Source of the DNA: Microgenomates group bacterium Gr01-1014_5
GTDB lineage: Bacteria; Patescibacteriota; Microgenomatia; UBA8517; UBA10165
Direction of reading: 5' to 3'
NCBI GenBank assembly: GCA_007376395.1
Contig: VMGE01000001.1
Coordinates: 89,635-153,634, forward strand
Length of the DNA stretch: 64,000 bases
Below are positions 28,561 to 36,159 of this stretch, piece by piece. The position numbers were made by a program, and so were the translations under genes. How positions within the stretch are numbered: the first letter of the stretch is position 1; every line of letters starts with the position of its first letter. The notes under the pieces are model-generated. The model saw only the letters and a list, made by a program, of their open reading frames with translations, was not told the origin of the DNA and did no database searches.

Positions 28561-29160
28561 TTATTTCTTGATGCTAATATCAGCAGGATCAAACATTACT
28601 GTAGCCGGGAAAGGCTTTTCTCCTTTATCCATTTTATCCATAAACTTAACTCCTTTGTAACCTAGTTCGTTGAGAACTTTCTCAACCTCTGGCCAAAACT
28701 GATCCAATCTTTCTGTGTTTTGGTAGGCAAACACTCTCCTGATTGCTTCAAAGTAATGTTCTGCCAACTCAGCATGGCCATTCCTTTCAAGCCAGCCTGC
28801 TAAAGCAAAATTCTGATCTCCTTTTGGAACAGCAACACCATTAAGGATGCTCATTGCATAAGTGCTAGTATCCTCATTTGTGATATCTAAAACTTTAGCC
28901 TGTGGATTAATAGTTACTTCCAGTTGAGTTTGACCTATCCCGCTTTCTTCCGGTAATAACTCTGGCGTTTCTTTTAAAAATACTCCTCTAATTGGTCCTT
29001 CAACCCCATTATTTCCTCCTGCAGTTTTTTCTCTTGCAAAGCCACCTTGTATTATAGCTTCGACATTTTCTGGGGCTGTTTGATGATAATAAGTTCGTGT
29101 TACTTCTTGCTCTGGTGCAGTTAATACAACACCCATTTCTTGGAGACCAACGTCAGCCAT
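28561..29160 (-). CDS. hypothetical protein (199 aa), third gene of the NYN operon
   Basis: No confident motif. The N-terminal YHQT...I..GGF segment is weakly reminiscent of H-Y-E-class ADP-ribosyltransferase starts; speculative. Confidence 0.4.
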   Translation of the reverse strand: MADVGLQEMGVVLTAPEQEVTRTYYHQTAPENVEAIIQGGFAREKTAGGNNGVEGPIRGVFLKETPELLPEESGIGQTQLEVTINPQAKVLDITNEDTSTYAMSILNGVAVPKGDQNFALAGWLERNGHAELAEHYFEAIRRVFAYQNTERLDQFWPEVEKVLNELGYKGVKFMDKMDKGEKPFPATVMFDPADISIKK

Positions 29161-29181
29161 GCTTTATTTATACCATAAATT

Positions 29182-29355
29182 TTAATCACTCTTTTTATCA
29201 AATGGTTCTTGTTTAGTACCTTCTTCTATTAGTTTGTTAAATACTTTCTTATTTGCTGTTTCTTTTTCTATTGTTTCGTGTAGTTTTTTGTCTTGTGGGT
29301 TTTTATTGTGACGTTTTTTTATTTCTTTTAATGTTAATGGTTTAAATCCTTTCAT
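29182..29355 (-). CDS. small Lys-rich protein (57 aa), not in the ORF track
   Basis: My translation is MKGFKPLTLKEIKKRHNKNPQDKKLHETIEKETANKKVFNKLIEEGTKQEPFDKKSD. Its start lies 4 nt after the NYN gene stop. Confidence 0.4.
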   Translation of the reverse strand: MKGFKPLTLKEIKKRHNKNPQDKKLHETIEKETANKKVFNKLIEEGTKQEPFDKKSD

Positions 29356-29358
29356 AGT

Positions 29359-29892
29359 TTATTTACCAAATTTTAGAATCTGATTTTTCTTGAGTATTAA
29401 GTATGACGAGCCGTTTTTAGAAAGAGCTCGACTGATGAAATTCTCAAATCCGACATAGACAATTTTCTTGCCTTCATCTTTAGCAGTCTGGATTGCTGGG
29501 AGAAGATCGGTGTCTGAAGAAATAAGATAACAGATGTCATATTCATTTTTAATAGCACCTCTGACAATATCTACTGCAATTTGTACATCAACGCCTTTCT
29601 CATGAAATTTTCCATCTGACATTAATAAATACCCCAATTTGATTTCGATATCCTGATTTCTTAAATGGGTGAATAGTTTTTGTTGCCCAGCATACAAAGT
29701 TTCAGACTTTTTATTCCCATCAAATTGCCTAATTTCACCGGTATAATATACTACTTTGTTTGGTTTGGCCTTGGTAATTGATTTGACTAAGCCAATATAA
29801 TCAAAGGTTGTAAGGTGGAGATTCCGATCAATCCTCTTTACCTTATTGTAGAAATTGCTTCCATCGAATTGAACGAGGATTTTCTTACTCAC
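29359..29892 (-). CDS. NYN/LabA-like (PIN-superfamily) predicted RNase
   Basis: VQFDGSNFY, KGVDVQIAVD and SSDTDLLPAI are the conserved acidic motifs of NYN domains; 177 aa. It appears to start with GTG. Confidence 0.75.
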   Translation of the reverse strand: MSKKILVQFDGSNFYNKVKRIDRNLHLTTFDYIGLVKSITKAKPNKVVYYTGEIRQFDGNKKSETLYAGQQKLFTHLRNQDIEIKLGYLLMSDGKFHEKGVDVQIAVDIVRGAIKNEYDICYLISSDTDLLPAIQTAKDEGKKIVYVGFENFISRALSKNGSSYLILKKNQILKFGK

Positions 29893-29923
29893 GCTTTTAT
29901 CTTAGGTTATCTGATAGTCTAAA

Positions 29924-29958
29924 GCAAAAAAAACCCCTAGCTCGAGTTGAACTAGGGG
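29924..29958 (-). terminator. intrinsic-terminator-like hairpin read on the minus strand
   Basis: Minus-strand read is CCCCTAG-(10-nt loop)-CTAGGGG followed by T8-10. It sits immediately upstream (in the transcription sense) of the NYN operon. Confidence 0.45.
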
Positions 29959-30085
29959 GAATTAGGGTTTAATAATACCAAAGATTATTCTAAAATGCAA
30001 GTACATGACGTGTGGTATAAGTGCCTCATTTGGTATAATAATAACGCGCCGTCCCGCTCAGCGGGACAATAGGCACGCAAAGAGT

Positions 30086-30158
30086 GCCGATGTAGCTCAG
30101 TTGGTAGAGCAGTCCCTTCGTAAGGGAAAGATCGGTGGTTCAAGTCCACTCATCGGCT
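30086..30158 (+). tRNA. tRNA-Thr (CGT)
   Basis: GCCGATGTAGCTCAGTTGGTAGAGCAGTCCCTTCGTAAGGGAAAGATCGGTGGTTCAAGTCCACTCATCGGCT. Anticodon loop TTCGTAA. Preceded by a TGGTATAAT extended -10 at 30031-30039 and two small hairpins. Confidence 0.85.
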
Positions 30159-30164
30159 CAAAAC

Positions 30165-30872
30165 ATGATATCTCGACACGCAAGAATACAAGACAAAAAA
30201 GCCACCCGCAGTGGAGTACTTTTGCTTTTTCTCTCGCTTCTTTTACTCGGAGGATTGCTAGTTTTCGGTATTCCCGCTCTGGCTAAATTCGCAGGACTCG
30301 TGGTAAACCTCCAGGGGAGCCAACCTATTGAAAGCGAGGATAAAAACACCCCTGCTCCGCCGGTTTTTTACACCACAGTTCCGAGTAGCGTAAAAGAAGA
30401 AATACTCAAACTTGAAGGCATGGCAGAAGGAGGATCTACTGTATTTGTTTATCTAAACGATGAGAAAGTTAAAGAGTTTGTGGTACCTAATAGCGGTAAT
30501 TTTGACGTTAAACTAACACTGGCCGAGGGCGAAAATCTTATCTGGGCCGTAACCCGAGATCTAGCCGAAAATAAGAGCGGGGAGTCAGGAAGAATTAAGG
30601 TTTCTTATGACAGTCAGGCTCCAATCCTTGAAATTACAGAGCCGGCAGACGCTACCGCTTTTTCAGGTAGCGAAAAATCAATCACAGTCCGCGGAATAAC
30701 AGAAAAAGGTGCCAGGGTTACAGTCAATGACCGCCTGGCTATTGTTTCTCCAGAAGGCGCGTTTTCGCAAAAGGTAACTCTTACAGAGGGCGAGAATATA
30801 ATTTTAGTTACTGTAGTCGACGAAGGAGAGAATGAAACAGAAAAAACGCTGAAGGTGATATACCAGCCTTAA
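30165..30872 (+). CDS. membrane-anchored extracytoplasmic protein with two Ig-like (Big-type) repeats
   Basis: The ORF-track start overlaps the tRNA, so the real start is ATG 30165 (MISRHARIQ...). TM anchor VLLLFLSLLLLGGLLVFGI. Internal repeats ...LAEGENLIWAVTRD... and ...LTEGENIILVTVVD... Confidence 0.5.
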   Translation: MISRHARIQDKKATRSGVLLLFLSLLLLGGLLVFGIPALAKFAGLVVNLQGSQPIESEDKNTPAPPVFYTTVPSSVKEEILKLEGMAEGGSTVFVYLNDEKVKEFVVPNSGNFDVKLTLAEGENLIWAVTRDLAENKSGESGRIKVSYDSQAPILEITEPADATAFSGSEKSITVRGITEKGARVTVNDRLAIVSPEGAFSQKVTLTEGENIILVTVVDEGENETEKTLKVIYQP

Positions 30873-32011
30873 TCTTGGGAGGCTAGTAAAATCAATAACC
30901 ACCCTAAAACCCAGGGATAAAACAGAGAGTTGTCAAAAAACGAATGTACCCCAACTGCCCCTACGCTTGCTAAAAGCGCTATTCCAGTATGGGTTTTTCT
31001 TTTTAGCCAAGCGTCTTGGGTAATTTTTAGCGCAAGCTGTAAAAAGACCAGAAATCCTGCAATACCGGTAGTCGCCAAGACCAAAAGCAAACTGGAGTCT
31101 GCTCCGCTTGCTCCGTGCGATTGTTGATCATTCTGCGTGTATCGATAAAGGTTGTATCCAACCCCAAAGACAGGGTTTTCACCTATTACCTCAAGTGCTC
31201 TTTTATAATTATTAACTCTATAGGTAATCGTAGAAGTACGGACAAGATTAACACTCTCTCCCTCAGACTTTGGTAAAAGAGGGATAAGGACAGCTAGAGC
31301 CAAGACCACTCCTGTGAACCACAAGAGTTTGCGTCGCACAATATAAAAGACAAGAGAGGCTGTAAAATACGCTAAATAACTCGCCCGTGAGTAAGTCAAG
31401 GCAAGAGCTACTAACCCGAAAGGGAAAAGTGGAAATTTTCCCTCTACTCTCCCCCATATCCGTGAAAAAAGTATGACCGTGAAAAGAACAATTAAAATGC
31501 CGGCAAATCCTGTATCTAAAAATGTTCCTGCTAAACGAAAAGTGTGCGGATCCCAACCAAATTCAGATAAGAAACCCAGATCAGGGAAAAATACGTACTG
31601 GACAAACCCAAATAAAACTACAAAAAATCCTACAGTCAGAAGAAGCCCTGGTACTTTTACCTGCCAGGAGCCATCGCGGAATAAATTCCATAGCGCGAGG
31701 TAAAAAAGGAAATAGGAGGAAAGACGTATAAAATAAAGGCTTCCTGATAAAAATTGTAATAAACTTACCGACGGAAAATTTATTACTAAAGAAAAAAGAG
31801 CAACTACTAAAAACATCACAAATTCCCGTGCGTAGGGAGGTGTTTTTAATTTTTTTCTCCACCATCCGTAAATCCCAGTTAGCGCAATTATTCCGACGAC
31901 TGCGTCTGCCAAATGCAATCTTACTTCAGGATTAAATTCAATTCTTCCAACCTGCCCAAAAGGAAAAAGAACGAGGTAAATGAAAAATAGTATTTTTAGA
32001 AAGGAGAACAT
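30869..32011 (-). CDS. polytopic membrane protein, O-antigen ligase/polymerase (Wzy/WaaL-like) family
   Basis: 380 aa, about 10 TM helices with a large loop. Adjacent to a GT2 glycosyltransferase. Confidence 0.45.
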   Translation of the reverse strand: MFSFLKILFFIYLVLFPFGQVGRIEFNPEVRLHLADAVVGIIALTGIYGWWRKKLKTPPYAREFVMFLVVALFSLVINFPSVSLLQFLSGSLYFIRLSSYFLFYLALWNLFRDGSWQVKVPGLLLTVGFFVVLFGFVQYVFFPDLGFLSEFGWDPHTFRLAGTFLDTGFAGILIVLFTVILFSRIWGRVEGKFPLFPFGLVALALTYSRASYLAYFTASLVFYIVRRKLLWFTGVVLALAVLIPLLPKSEGESVNLVRTSTITYRVNNYKRALEVIGENPVFGVGYNLYRYTQNDQQSHGASGADSSLLLVLATTGIAGFLVFLQLALKITQDAWLKRKTHTGIALLASVGAVGVHSFFDNSLFYPWVLGWLLILLASQD

Positions 32012-32034
32012 GTATTTAACTTATTACTTATTAT

Positions 32035-32784
32035 TTATACTTTTCTCTGTATCAGCCACAACTTGCTCCAGGCGAGATAGGAATGAAAACTCATAAGAAG
32101 AGCGACCACAAATCCTGAGGTACCGTCTAAAAAGCCAAACTTTAATACCCAATTTTGGATAAACTTTAATTTCGGCCACATCATAACTTTCAGAATGTTC
32201 GCACTTTTGCCTTCTTTGGCTAATTCTTGAGCGTGCAGGGTCGAATAGCGGTCAATATCGGAGATAAATTCACTTATTGTTTGATGCGGATAATGCATCA
32301 GTGGATTTTTTAACTCATCCGTCTCTCCGTGTCTCATTTTCCACTCCTCATGCACCGCCCTTTGCCATTTTCCCGAAGTTTTTTTTGCTAACCTTAAGAG
32401 CTTAATATTTCCCGACTCCCCATACTTCAATTCTCTCCCCCACATTACATCTTGACGCTTAATCAGATACCCAGTTATCAGATTGTCGGATTTTCGGGTA
32501 ACCAGAGTTATTTCCTCAGACAAAGCAGGCGTGACAATCTCGTCAGCATCTATAAACAGCACCCAATCCCCGCTTGCCTTAGCAAGCCCAAAGTTTCTTT
32601 GAGCCGCAAAGTTATTTTCTAACGAGCGCTTCCAAACAACTGCACCGTGTTTTTTGGCAATCTCGACCGTTAAATCTCGCGAATTATCGTCTATTACAAC
32701 AACTTCATCGCACCACATGAGGGATTGGAGGCATTGTGCAATATTTTTCTCTTCGTTTTTAGTTAATACTACGGCTGAAATCAT
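32035..32784 (-). CDS. family-2 glycosyltransferase
   Basis: MISAVVLTKNEEKNI...VVIDDNSRD (DxD region) and FIDADE; 249 aa. Confidence 0.85.
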   Translation of the reverse strand: MISAVVLTKNEEKNIAQCLQSLMWCDEVVVIDDNSRDLTVEIAKKHGAVVWKRSLENNFAAQRNFGLAKASGDWVLFIDADEIVTPALSEEITLVTRKSDNLITGYLIKRQDVMWGRELKYGESGNIKLLRLAKKTSGKWQRAVHEEWKMRHGETDELKNPLMHYPHQTISEFISDIDRYSTLHAQELAKEGKSANILKVMMWPKLKFIQNWVLKFGFLDGTSGFVVALLMSFHSYLAWSKLWLIQRKV

Positions 32785-32790
32785 TTTGAG

Positions 32791-32862
32791 TGGACCCGAG
32801 AGGATTCGAACCTCTGACCTTTCGAATGTGAATCGAACGCTCTACCGCTGAGCCACGGATCC
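32791..32862 (-). tRNA. tRNA-Val (CAC)
   Basis: Minus-strand read GGATCCGTGGCTCAGCGGTAGAGCGTTCGATTCACATTCGAAAGGTCAGAGGTTCGAATCCTCTCGGGTCCA. Anticodon loop TTCACAT. Its 3' end lies only 6 nt from the GT2 start codon. Confidence 0.85.
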
Positions 32863-32894
32863 AAGCTTGTATATTTTAGCATTATTTTGCGATA

Positions 32895-33485
32895 ATGGAA
32901 CCAATGTCCGAAACAGAGCCAAAATCAGGAAAGCTCTCCAGCTTCCTTCTTGATATTCTCCAAACCATCGTCTTAGCTTTGGCAATTTTTATGATTGCCT
33001 ATTTATTCTTGTTCCAGCCGCACCAGGTTAAAGGCCGTTCTATGGATCCTAATTTTTCCGACGGTGAGTATTTATTAACCGATAAACTTACCTACCGTTT
33101 TGGAGAGCCCAAACGGGGAGATGTGGTTGTTTTTGAAGCCCCTGTAAACCGCCGTGAAGATTACATCAAAAGAATTATTGCCCTCCCTGGAGAAAACGTC
33201 ATGGTCAAAGACGGAAAAGTTTTGATTAACGGACGCCCTTTGGACGAAGAATATATTCCTGAAACTTTCCGTACCAATCCCGGAGTATATTTAACCGATG
33301 GCTCAACTATCACTCTCCGTCCTGATGAATATATTGTTATGGGAGACAACAGAGACCATTCCTCAGATTCGCGCAGTTGGGGACCAGTGAAAAAAAGTGA
33401 TTTCGTGGGGCGTGCCTGGGTAATCTATTGGCCGCCAAATCTATGGGGTTTAGTCAAAGGGGAAAACTACAAACCTCTAAATTAA
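32895..33485 (+). CDS. lepB: signal peptidase I
   Basis: Catalytic Ser region KGRSMDP, Lys region and GDNRDHSSDSRSWG box E; 196 aa. Confidence 0.9.
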   Translation: MEPMSETEPKSGKLSSFLLDILQTIVLALAIFMIAYLFLFQPHQVKGRSMDPNFSDGEYLLTDKLTYRFGEPKRGDVVVFEAPVNRREDYIKRIIALPGENVMVKDGKVLINGRPLDEEYIPETFRTNPGVYLTDGSTITLRPDEYIVMGDNRDHSSDSRSWGPVKKSDFVGRAWVIYWPPNLWGLVKGENYKPLN

Positions 33486-34340
33486 TTAGGCTGACGCGTG
33501 AAGAATACCCTGCCTGATTAATTGCAGTCTTTCGTCAGTTTCGTCTACTTTACCTTTTAGGATAATTAATACTCTCGTTTCTCTTTGCGAACGGATAACT
33601 TTAACTTGTGTCTTTTTCTGCGGATCCGGAGCCATTGAGGATAAAGCCTGGGTTAACTCTTCGGTCATACGGTCAATTTCTTCATTAATAATAATGGGGT
33701 GGTTTATGGGAACATCTGGTTTTTCTTTCTGACCAGAAGCGCTTTTCATCCGGCGCGCCAAATCTTCTGCCCGGCGTACCGAGCCCGACTCGCGCAAAAT
33801 GATTTTATATGCCTCGATCATTAATTGCTGGTCATCTATGGCGGATAATGCCCTTGCGTGTCCTTCGGTAATCAAGCCTGACAAAAGTCCGTCTTTTAGG
33901 GCGTCCGGTAAGCGTAATAATCTTAGGGTGTTGGAAACATAAGAAGTACTTTTACCTACCCTCTGGGAAATATCGGCATTGGTAAGGGCAAATTCCTCGA
34001 TTAAGCGAATGAAACCCATGGCGCGGTCAAGCGCGTTAAGGTCAACACGCTGAACATTCTCAACCAAAGCAAGTTCTAACATTCCACGGGGAGTAGTTTC
34101 TTTAATAATAGCCGGGACTGTGACTAGTCCTGCGTGACGGGAAGCCCTCCACCTACGCTCGCCGGCAATAATTTGATAACCTGCGGGTGTTTTTGCAACT
34201 ACTAAAGGCTCGAGAATGCCGTGTTCTTTAATAGAATCGATCAGATCAACTAAAGATTCAGGGGTAATGACGCCGCGGGGCTGAAGAGGGTTTGCTTGTA
34301 ACTCGTCTATTGGTATTTGGATGATTTGCGGATCAGTCAT
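33486..34340 (-). CDS. parB: ParB/Spo0J-family partition protein
   Basis: ParB N-terminal box (GILEPLVVAK...GYQIIAGERRWRASRHAG) and HTH; 284 aa. Confidence 0.85.
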   Translation of the reverse strand: MTDPQIIQIPIDELQANPLQPRGVITPESLVDLIDSIKEHGILEPLVVAKTPAGYQIIAGERRWRASRHAGLVTVPAIIKETTPRGMLELALVENVQRVDLNALDRAMGFIRLIEEFALTNADISQRVGKSTSYVSNTLRLLRLPDALKDGLLSGLITEGHARALSAIDDQQLMIEAYKIILRESGSVRRAEDLARRMKSASGQKEKPDVPINHPIIINEEIDRMTEELTQALSSMAPDPQKKTQVKVIRSQRETRVLIILKGKVDETDERLQLIRQGILHASA

Positions 34341-34345
34341 AATAA

Positions 34346-34594
34346 TTAGACTTGAATACTGACGTACGACTTACCTTCTTTTTTACTAAAACCTACCTTA
34401 CCGCTTTTTAAAGCAAACAGGGTGTGGTCGCGCCCAACTTTAACATTAGGTCCTGCAGAAAACACCGTACCCCTTTGACGGACAAGAATTTCACCCGGAA
34501 CAACCTTTTGACCCCCGGAAATCTTAACGCCCAAGCGCTTTCCATCTGGTCTTTTATGTTGTCTGACTGAACCGCCTTGTTTTTTGTGTGCCAT
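34346..34594 (-). CDS. rpmA: 50S ribosomal protein L27
   Basis: [24 protein letters not shown]...; 82 aa. Confidence 0.95.
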   Translation of the reverse strand: MAHKKQGGSVRQHKRPDGKRLGVKISGGQKVVPGEILVRQRGTVFSAGPNVKVGRDHTLFALKSGKVGFSKKEGKSYVSIQV

Positions 34595-34710
34595 CTCGTT
34601 GTTTAAACCCTCGATATAAACTTACATTATTATTTCACGACTGTCAAGACATTAGTAAGATATATACACATATAGTTTGATATATTCCAGGAAGCTTTTT
34701 AAGAGACTAT

Positions 34711-34796
34711 GAACCTGTTTGAAACAGGTTCTCTCAACTCACCTTACACAAGTTAGCGAAGCTAACGCGCGAGTTATGAAACGAGTTTTATTTTGG
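34711..34796. repeat. structured repeat family R2, copy A (~86 nt) between rplU and rpmA
   Basis: GAACCTGTTT-g-AAACAGGTTC hairpin, then AACTCAC...GTTAGC-GAA-GCTAAC...GCGAGTT nested stems, then a U-rich tail in the plus sense. About 88% identical to 54652..54738. Overlaps the last 7 codons of rplU. Confidence 0.7.
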
Positions 34797-35088
34797 TTAT
34801 CTTAATTTTAGTTTGAGAAGCGCGGAAGCCGCGGACTTTTCGGTAACGTGATTTTGCTTTGTATTTCAAAACTCTGATTTTCTCGCCTTTTAAGTTTTCT
34901 AAGACTTCAGCTTCAACTTTTGCTCCCGAGACCTCAGGGGAACCAACTTCTGCTTTATCGCCATCAACAACCAAAAGAACTTTGTCAAAAACGGTTTTTC
35001 CGTCTGCCTCGAGGCGGTCTACAATCAGCTCTTGTCCTTCTTCAATTTTATACTGCTTACCTGCAATATCAACAACAGCGTATTTCAT
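34774..35088 (-). CDS. rplU: 50S ribosomal protein L21
   Basis: MKYAVVDIAGKQYKIEEGQELIVDRL...; 104 aa. Confidence 0.95.
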   Translation of the reverse strand: MKYAVVDIAGKQYKIEEGQELIVDRLEADGKTVFDKVLLVVDGDKAEVGSPEVSGAKVEAEVLENLKGEKIRVLKYKAKSRYRKVRGFRASQTKIKITKIKLVS

Positions 35089-35103
35089 GAGTGTTATTAT
35101 ATC

Positions 35104-36159
35104 TTATCTCGTGCCTGTGCGCAAACCACGGGTGAATGATGTGGCTATCCCCAAAGTTATAGCCATAGCCAAAAGAGAAGATCCTCCCGAGGAAACAAAC
35201 GGCAAAGGAATGCCTGTGATTGGCAAAATGCCCAAATTCATGCCGATATTGACCGCCGCTTGAACGAAAACCATCAAAAAAACACCGCCTAAAAATGCAC
35301 GCGAAAAGACGTCATCCGAATTAATAAAAATCGCGCACAAGCGGGCGAATAGCGCAATGAATAAAATTACTACTAACCCGGCACCCAAAAAGCCTAACTC
35401 CTCACCAATTGAAGAAAAGATAAAATCCGTATGGCGCTCGGGAAGAAACAAGAGTTGCGATTGTGTCCCCTGCCCTAACCCGCGTCCTAAAAATCCGCCG
35501 GAACCGATAGCAATAATCGCTTGAATTGAATTATATCCTGCACCCAAAGGGTCGGCTGAAGGCTGGATAAAGGTCATAATTCTTTCTTTTTGATAGTCTT
35601 CTAAAAAACGCCAAACAAGTGGCAAACCAAGAGCGAAGGTGAACAAAGAACCAAAAATTATTTTCCAAGATATTCCACCGAAAAACACGGCACCTAAAAT
35701 TCCTGCTAAAACAACCAGCGAAGAACCCAAATCAGGTTGAACGAAAACAAGTATAAACGGTAGAAAACCTGCTACAGCCGCGAGTAGAAATATTTTTCTG
35801 GATTCCAAGGAGGTGGATAATATCCAGGCAATAAACAAAACAACAAACGGTTTAATGATTTCAGACGTTTGTAGGGTAAAGTTTCCAATTTCTATCCAGC
35901 GCACTGCTCCGCGGGTAAAAGTCCCGAGGATTAAGGTTAATAAAAGTAAGACTAAAGACAATACATAAAACAAAGGCGCAAGTGTTTTGTAAACTGTAAA
36001 ATCAATTTTTGCGAAAATTAGGTATGAGATCAGAGCCAATGCTATAAAAAAGTATTGCGAGGGGTATGAGGCAGGAGAAACACTAGATAAAATTAAACTG
36101 CCGATACTGGCAAGTAATACGGCAGGGAGAAAAAGTTTCCAATCAAGCGAGCTCAACAT
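35104..36159 (-). CDS. SEDS-family peptidoglycan glycosyltransferase (RodA/FtsW type), second copy outside the dcw cluster
   Basis: 351 aa, 10 TM helices, conserved SEDS motifs (...RGAVRWI..., ...QPSADPLGAGYN...). Confidence 0.8.
   Translation of the reverse strand: MLSSLDWKLFLPAVLLASIGSLILSSVSPASYPSQYFFIALALISYLIFAKIDFTVYKTLAPLFYVLSLVLLLLTLILGTFTRGAVRWIEIGNFTLQTSEIIKPFVVLFIAWILSTSLESRKIFLLAAVAGFLPFILVFVQPDLGSSLVVLAGILGAVFFGGISWKIIFGSLFTFALGLPLVWRFLEDYQKERIMTFIQPSADPLGAGYNSIQAIIAIGSGGFLGRGLGQGTQSQLLFLPERHTDFIFSSIGEELGFLGAGLVVILFIALFARLCAIFINSDDVFSRAFLGGVFLMVFVQAAVNIGMNLGILPITGIPLPFVSSGGSSLLAMAITLGIATSFTRGLRTGTR

Noticed and set aside
30005-30286. 93-aa plus-strand ORF, and the 30135 start of the next ORF
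   Set aside because: It overlaps the tRNA-Thr gene and its promoter hairpins. The downstream protein gene starts at ATG 30165, after the tRNA.
32654-32851. 65-aa plus-strand ORF
   Set aside because: It is antisense to the GT2 start and tRNA-Val. No RBS, no coding signal.
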